Notes under the pieces: model-generated
What the model was told of the DNA's origin: nothing
What the model saw: the letters and a program-made list of their open reading frames with translations, nothing else
Databases searched by the model: none
Position numbers and translations under genes: made by a program
Assembly (NCBI GenBank): GCA_047495785.1
Contig: JBLDXI010000073.1
Location: 124,001-188,000 of the forward strand
Direction of reading: 5' to 3'
From: Lepidodermella squamata
Lineage: Eukaryota; Animalia; Gastrotricha
Length of the DNA: 64,000 nucleotides
In this document: positions 60,721-64,000 of the stretch, in pieces
How positions within the stretch are numbered: the stretch's first letter is position 1
Layout of the letters: each line of letters starts with the position of its first letter

Positions 60721-63351
60721 ATGACTTTCTCGAACGTTTTCTTATTACTTGCCATCCCGCTTACTACCTTCATCAATGCTCAAATCATTAAGAAATACAA
60801 CATCTCAATGCTGCAGGTATTCCCAGTTAATCATGTAGGATGCCCGCCAGCTGTGAAAATCGCGATAGATACGGCTAACAGCCGAAGTGACGTTCTGCCA
60901 GACTACAACATCGTACCAGACTATCGCGATGAAGAGGGCTTCGCGCAAGGCTACGCACCCGTACGTGAGCTCGTGAGATACGGACGAGCTTGGGAAAACA
61001 GACCAGATGACGGTTTAATTCGTTCGCCGATTTTTCTCGGACCTTTCTTCTCCGTCGGCTGCAAACCCTACGGGAAGCCGCTGAAATATTTCAACATGGT
61101 CGGACTTGCTATCTCCTGTACAGCGCCGTTTCTCGCTGATCACGTGACCTATCCGAATCTCTATAGCGTTCAGTCAAATGGAGAGCTAACCGCGATATCC
61201 TTGGTTCACTTTTTTAAAGACGTTGGAAAGTGGTCGACGATAGGGATTCTAACGCTGGCCAGCTCTCAAAACGACTATATATCAGCAACATACGTCAACA
61301 GATACGCCTTGGATAGTGGCATTCGGGTTCCAACTTTCAACATCGTCTTGGACATAACTGACGACGTGATCACTGAGCTTCAATTTCACGACGTTCGAGT
61401 CATTGTTGTCTACATCAACAGCGAGCCTCTTTTGTGGCGTTTTCTCTGCAAAGCTTATTACGCCGGAATCACCGGTCAACGATATATTTTTTTCTTGTCA
61501 AACTCCTTGGCAGCGGAACCAAACAACATCAGGCCAGAAAACTTGTGGGACATTTGGTGCACAAAAGAAATATTGCGAATCCAGTTCAATTTCGCTTTGT
61601 TTGTCGGGCCGATAACTCAGGTCATGGATGATAGCAGAGTCAGCGAGTTTGGTTACAATACTACCTATTTCGAGGAGAAAATGACCGAAATTTTGAAGAG
61701 ACCTCGCTCTGCAACTAAAGGATCGCTGAAATATGTCTGCCATGATGCTACCATGATGGGGATATACGCCATGCATGACGCTGAAAATCGACTGAAGCGA
61801 GAATTCAACATGTCACTGCGAGACATGAACACAAACCCTGAAACTGTTATGAAAGTCGTGAATCAATCTGTTTTGACTGTAAACATCTCCGGCCTGAGAG
61901 GCCAGCTTCGTTTCAGCAAGCGAGGATACGCTGAAAATGATTTGATTCTCTACTCCTACTACGATTCTGATGGATATCGCAACAAGTTCGCTTCAGCCGA
62001 GGTGGATACTAGTCGAAATTACATGTTCTATGGTCGATATAAAATTTCCTCCCTGGAACCAATGGATTGGGCTGCTTGGAATAATGGCGGCAAACCTCCT
62101 AGAGATTCAGCATTTCTGATCTCCATCACTGACGACGTATCAGATAGCATTTCAACTTGCGTTATAGTGATTGCAAGCATTTCTTCTGCAATTCATCTTT
62201 TTATGATTCTGTTTACAATGAAAAGCGGAAGCAGCCCTGAAATAGTAACTTCTCCTCAAGTGAAAGTGGTTGGGTATGCAGGTTGCATCTTGTTAAATGG
62301 AGCTGGCGTAGCCTACTCATTGAAAACCAGCACAAATGCCTACATGATAGCAATTGTCCGGCTTTGCTTACTTGTTGGGGCCTTGTCTATCATAATTGGA
62401 GTAATTTCACTCCGGGCTTACTTTCTCGCCAAAAAACTTCCACCCCCACCGAAACGATTCAAAGTCAATCGAGGTGGTAAAGTTGTTGACACGATTACAG
62501 TCGTTTCTCATACAAAGCTGAAGTTTGTTGAACCAAGAGAAGGAGAAGCCTCTCGCTCTTTTTCCCCGACTGGGGGCAATGTACCCCCACCGGAAAATAA
62601 GCAAATCTCAGTACGATGGGTGTCTGGCAAGCATCAAATAAGCAATCATACAGCCCAGCCAAATCTACTTTCGACTGACGCAGTAGCGAAACCCCTGATG
62701 GCTCGAAAGGCGAGTCATACACCAGTCATTCACACAACCTCAGACCATAGCCTGCGATTTGCTGCCAGCACTCAAGTACCTCATGTGAACACTCTTCACC
62801 CAATCGAATTTGAAGACGGAATTCAAGAGAAGACGTTGGGTTTCACTGTTGGTTTCGTGGCGATTAATGCTTTTCTAGTTACGATCTGGCTGCTTTTCGA
62901 TTCATTCAATTGCCAAACAATCACCGCCCCTCGCGACAAAAATTATGACCCAGTTACGGATACAAATTATGACATCTCAGTCGTGATTTGCTCATCAGCA
63001 CATGGAATCTTTTGGATGATGGCTCTCGCGCTTTTCCACGTTGCAGTCTTAGCTTTTTGCACGCTCCAAGCCTACAGGCTGAAACAAGGCATGAAGCTGC
63101 TCGTTAGTAATTGCTGCCGAGAAATGGGTGGGATCATGCTCGGCCCACTGAATGCGCTCTCGCTGCTGCTCTGCTCGATTATGATCGTCTTCACTCTCCG
63201 TGATCAAGCCAGTCAACATACTGCAGTAGCTTTCTCAGCTTTGCTAATTTCGCTGACGACGAGCCTTAGCCTGGGGTATTCGGCGATAAAAGGCGCGGTC
63301 GAACAGCGTGGAGGACGGTTCATTGTCGGTCTGAAAAATATGTTCAAGTGA
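60721..63351 (+). CDS. Intronless class C GPCR, GABA-B-receptor-like (Venus flytrap + 7TM, no Cys-rich domain)
   Basis: Signal peptide MTFSNVFLLLAIPLTTFINA; AVKIAIDTAN..DVLPDY, LGPFFSVGC, L.DHVTYPN, W..IGIL and G.RGQLRF ANF-receptor motifs; GGKPPRD leads directly into TM1; seven hydrophobic segments. Confidence 0.88.
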   Translation: MTFSNVFLLLAIPLTTFINAQIIKKYNISMLQVFPVNHVGCPPAVKIAIDTANSRSDVLPDYNIVPDYRDEEGFAQGYAPVRELVRYGRAWENRPDDGLIRSPIFLGPFFSVGCKPYGKPLKYFNMVGLAISCTAPFLADHVTYPNLYSVQSNGELTAISLVHFFKDVGKWSTIGILTLASSQNDYISATYVNRYALDSGIRVPTFNIVLDITDDVITELQFHDVRVIVVYINSEPLLWRFLCKAYYAGITGQRYIFFLSNSLAAEPNNIRPENLWDIWCTKEILRIQFNFALFVGPITQVMDDSRVSEFGYNTTYFEEKMTEILKRPRSATKGSLKYVCHDATMMGIYAMHDAENRLKREFNMSLRDMNTNPETVMKVVNQSVLTVNISGLRGQLRFSKRGYAENDLILYSYYDSDGYRNKFASAEVDTSRNYMFYGRYKISSLEPMDWAAWNNGGKPPRDSAFLISITDDVSDSISTCVIVIASISSAIHLFMILFTMKSGSSPEIVTSPQVKVVGYAGCILLNGAGVAYSLKTSTNAYMIAIVRLCLLVGALSIIIGVISLRAYFLAKKLPPPPKRFKVNRGGKVVDTITVVSHTKLKFVEPREGEASRSFSPTGGNVPPPENKQISVRWVSGKHQISNHTAQPNLLSTDAVAKPLMARKASHTPVIHTTSDHSLRFAASTQVPHVNTLHPIEFEDGIQEKTLGFTVGFVAINAFLVTIWLLFDSFNCQTITAPRDKNYDPVTDTNYDISVVICSSAHGIFWMMALALFHVAVLAFCTLQAYRLKQGMKLLVSNCCREMGGIMLGPLNALSLLLCSIMIVFTLRDQASQHTAVAFSALLISLTTSLSLGYSAIKGAVEQRGGRFIVGLKNMFK

Positions 63352-64000
63352 CAATTTCGAATATTGTTGTTTCGGAGTGGGTGTTGGGATGCTTATGTAG
63401 AGTATTTGCACACACAGATATCTTTAGCATGGATGAATAACTCGGATTTAAGCTTTTTACGTCACTTCAAAGGCAACATTTGTCAAGTGGGAATTTAGTT
63501 AATTTTGCCACTTCATAAACACAACTTTTTACCTCAATCTTAAAATTAATATGGTTTCATGAACCACAAATTTGTCGCGGCATGAAAGAAGGTTTTTATG
63601 ATTGTGCACAACAATTTCTATTCGATGGGTTTTGATCGCCCTATTGAGAAATAATACTTTTCTATGCCGCCTACAAGAATTCGGAATAGTCTCATTGGAG
63701 AATGCCAAGATTTTCAGTGTAATAAAAATGGCGATGATAGATGATATTTGAACGTAAATTCAGATTACGGTAAGTACGCTCAGTGCTGGAATAAGCCGAA
63801 CGTATTCCTTCTTTACGTTCGTGTCGTCAAAGTACGATTGAACGATTCATCAAAGTGGTTGTTTGGGCGCGTCGCTAACGATAGGGACATTTCGGCTACT
63901 TTTCGCATCGATGATAGATAGAGACAGACAGGCAAGCCCTCGTAACAGACGAAAAATAATGATCGCAGCTAATGAGGACATTTATAGCAACAAAAATCTG

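Overview
Eukaryotic (invertebrate-like) genomic DNA with many short introns, mostly 45-75 bp. The apparent satellite arrays at 1-3520 (359-bp unit) and about 14015-30920 (38 x 442-bp unit) are not satellites. They are tandemly amplified, almost fully homogenised exon-intron cassettes of two paralogous minus-strand collagen genes, each cassette encoding 19 Gly-X-Y triplets. The complete paralog (12888-33779) reconstructs by hand to 169 coding exons and about 2878 aa: signal peptide, a Cys-rich domain resembling the Perforin-2/MPEG1 P2 domain, a furin site (RSKR), a CCQCDC cluster, about 800 uninterrupted Thr/Gln-rich triplets, and a short helical C-terminus. The second paralog (start codon at 5269, truncated by the window edge) has lost the P2-like exon, and its cassette lacks one intron. 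The rest of the window holds two paralogous secreted Cys-module + C-type lectin genes, a C2H2/PLDLS zinc-finger gene, two signal-peptide ankyrin genes, a divergent PRPP synthetase, four tandem genes of an unrecognised family, a triple Dab-like PTB gene, an intronless GABA-B-like GPCR, a pogo-like transposon, MITE-like palindromes (one with TTAGGG-containing arms) and LINE fragments. All gene models were made by eye and need RNA confirmation.
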